NCBI GenBank assembly: GCA_036380835.1
Contig: DASVDZ010000031.1
Span: 14,574-78,573, forward strand
Source: Candidatus Eiseniibacteriota bacterium
GTDB lineage: Bacteria; Eisenbacteria; RBG-16-71-46; SZUA-252
DNA: 64,000 nucleotides
Direction: 5' to 3'
The translations under genes and the position numbers were made by a program. Positions 63,200 to 64,000 of the stretch are shown here, piece by piece. A model generated the notes under the pieces. It did not search any database. It saw nothing but the letters and a program-made list of their open reading frames with translations, and had not been told where the DNA came from. Each line of letters opens with the position of its first letter. Position 1 is the first letter of the stretch.

Positions 63200-64000
63200 T
63201 CAGGAGGCTGCGTGGCGCATCCGGACGGAGAGCGTGTCGGCCTGCTCCTTCGCCCAGGGCGCGTCCTCGTCCTGCGGATACCGTTTCGCGTAGTCGAGGT
63301 AGAGATCGCGGGCCTTCTTCAGGTCGCCCTCGCGCCTCCAGGCGCCGGCGATTTCGAGGATGGCGGGATGGGCCATGTCGCTGTCCGGGTAGCGATCGAG
63401 GATGCGCTGCGCGTACTTCCGATCGCCGGCGTAGTCCTTCTGCTTCCGGCTCATCCGCGCCAGCGTGTAGAGCGCGTCGTCGACCTGCCCCGTCCCGTTC
63501 TTCGGGTCGATCTCGATGAGGCGCAGGTACGTGACCCTCGCCTCGTCGGTCAGGCCATGACCAAAGTACTTGTCCGCCAGCTCGGAAACGAACCGGGGAT
63601 CCGATCCACGGGTCTTTTCCTCGGCGACCATCATCGCGAGCGTTCCCTTCCCGGCGAGGTAGTCCTCGGCCTGCTGGATGAAGCCGGGCGCGCGCAGGTA
63701 GCCGACGATGCGATCCACTTCGGTCCCGTCCTTCTGGAGCACCAGGATGGTGGGATAGACGCGCACGCGATAGCGGGCGGCGGTCGCCGTGTCCACCTCG
63801 GCGTTGACCTTCACCATGGTGAACTTGCGGGACCAGTCGATGAATTGGGGATCAGTGTAGGTAGACTCTTCCAGAGCCTTACACCACTGTCACCAATCGG
63901 TATAGAAGTCGAGGAGGATCGGTCGGCCGGTCTTCCCCGCGTCGGCCAGGGCCGCGTCGTACGACGTGTTCCACGCGACCCCGTGCGGGGCCTCCGGCTT
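63200..64000 (-). CDS. thioredoxin-fold protein with C-terminal TPR-like domain; candidate selenoprotein with in-frame UGA (Sec) at 63890-63892; 5' end beyond window
   Basis: The continuous frame upstream of the annotated ATG (63817) reads KPEAPHGVAWNTSYDAALADAGKTGRPILLDFYTDW-TGA-QWCKALEESTYTDPQFIDWSRKFTMVKVNAEVD...YPTILVLQKDGTEVDRIVGY. This is a thioredoxin fold with the TGA exactly at the first Cys of W-C-x-x-C. After the stop at 63200 the 3' half is TPR-like. Confidence 0.65.
63853..63889 (-). other. SECIS-like stem-loop immediately 3' of the in-frame UGA
   Basis: The mRNA reads UGA-CAGUG-GUGUAA-GGCUCU-GGA-AGAGUC-UACCUA-CACUG. The upper hairpin (6 bp, loop containing GG) starts 11 nt after UGA, as in the E. 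coli fdhF minimal SECIS. A lower 5-bp stem CAGUG/CACUG is present. GC3 drops locally (TCT, TAC, ACT, GAT). Confidence 0.55.

Overview
This is a 64 kb window of very high-GC (about 70%) bacterial chromosome, probably from a Gemmatimonadota- or Acidobacteria-like lineage, though that is only a guess from protein style. It is densely coding on both strands. Most of the long six-frame ORFs in the track are antisense artefacts typical of high-GC DNA; I called real genes by recognisable protein families and GC3 behaviour. Recognisable content, in order:
- A truncated dnaE, pyrE, and a class A PBP preceded by an unusual zf-HC2 transmembrane protein that is rich in Pro/Ala/Ser/Thr.
- A ferredoxin, nadA and korAB (2-oxoacid:ferredoxin oxidoreductase).
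- A rhomboid protease, a GlmU-like nucleotidyltransferase, a cN-II-type 5'-nucleotidase, a class III aminotransferase translationally coupled to an EamA transporter, and an Fe/Mn superoxide dismutase.
- A complete tyrosine/homogentisate catabolic operon (hppD, fah, hmgA) with a flavin-reductase-like gene and an IMPase-family gene.
- An orphan cox3 with a coupled small secreted protein.
- A tripartite RND efflux operon (TolC-like, MFP, RND) next to an HtrA-like protease.
- glpD-glpK, an SDR, a methyltransferase and cspA.
- A protease/iron-rich neighbourhood: a Ddl-like ATP-grasp, a tandem M16 peptidase, a ferritin and an S8 subtilase.
- tRNA-Glu(UUC), gcdH, an MFS transporter, rarA, a DUF4097 lipoprotein and ychF.

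The findings most worth a second look:
1. At the right edge, a thioredoxin-fold plus TPR protein has an in-frame TGA exactly at the first Cys of the W-C-x-x-C motif (W-U-Q-W-C-K). A SECIS-like hairpin sits 11 nt downstream and local GC3 drops, so this is a candidate UxxC selenoprotein.
2. A roughly 890 aa protein ends in a complete GreA/GreB domain and carries an internal segment matching the CarD/CdnL/TRCF RNAP-interacting motif. It would be a two-module RNA-polymerase-binding fusion.
3. Two tandem paralogous small secreted proteins share a conserved DPAC...H-x2-C-A-x2-C-A motif and have no obvious family.

No CRISPR array, integrase or transposon was seen.
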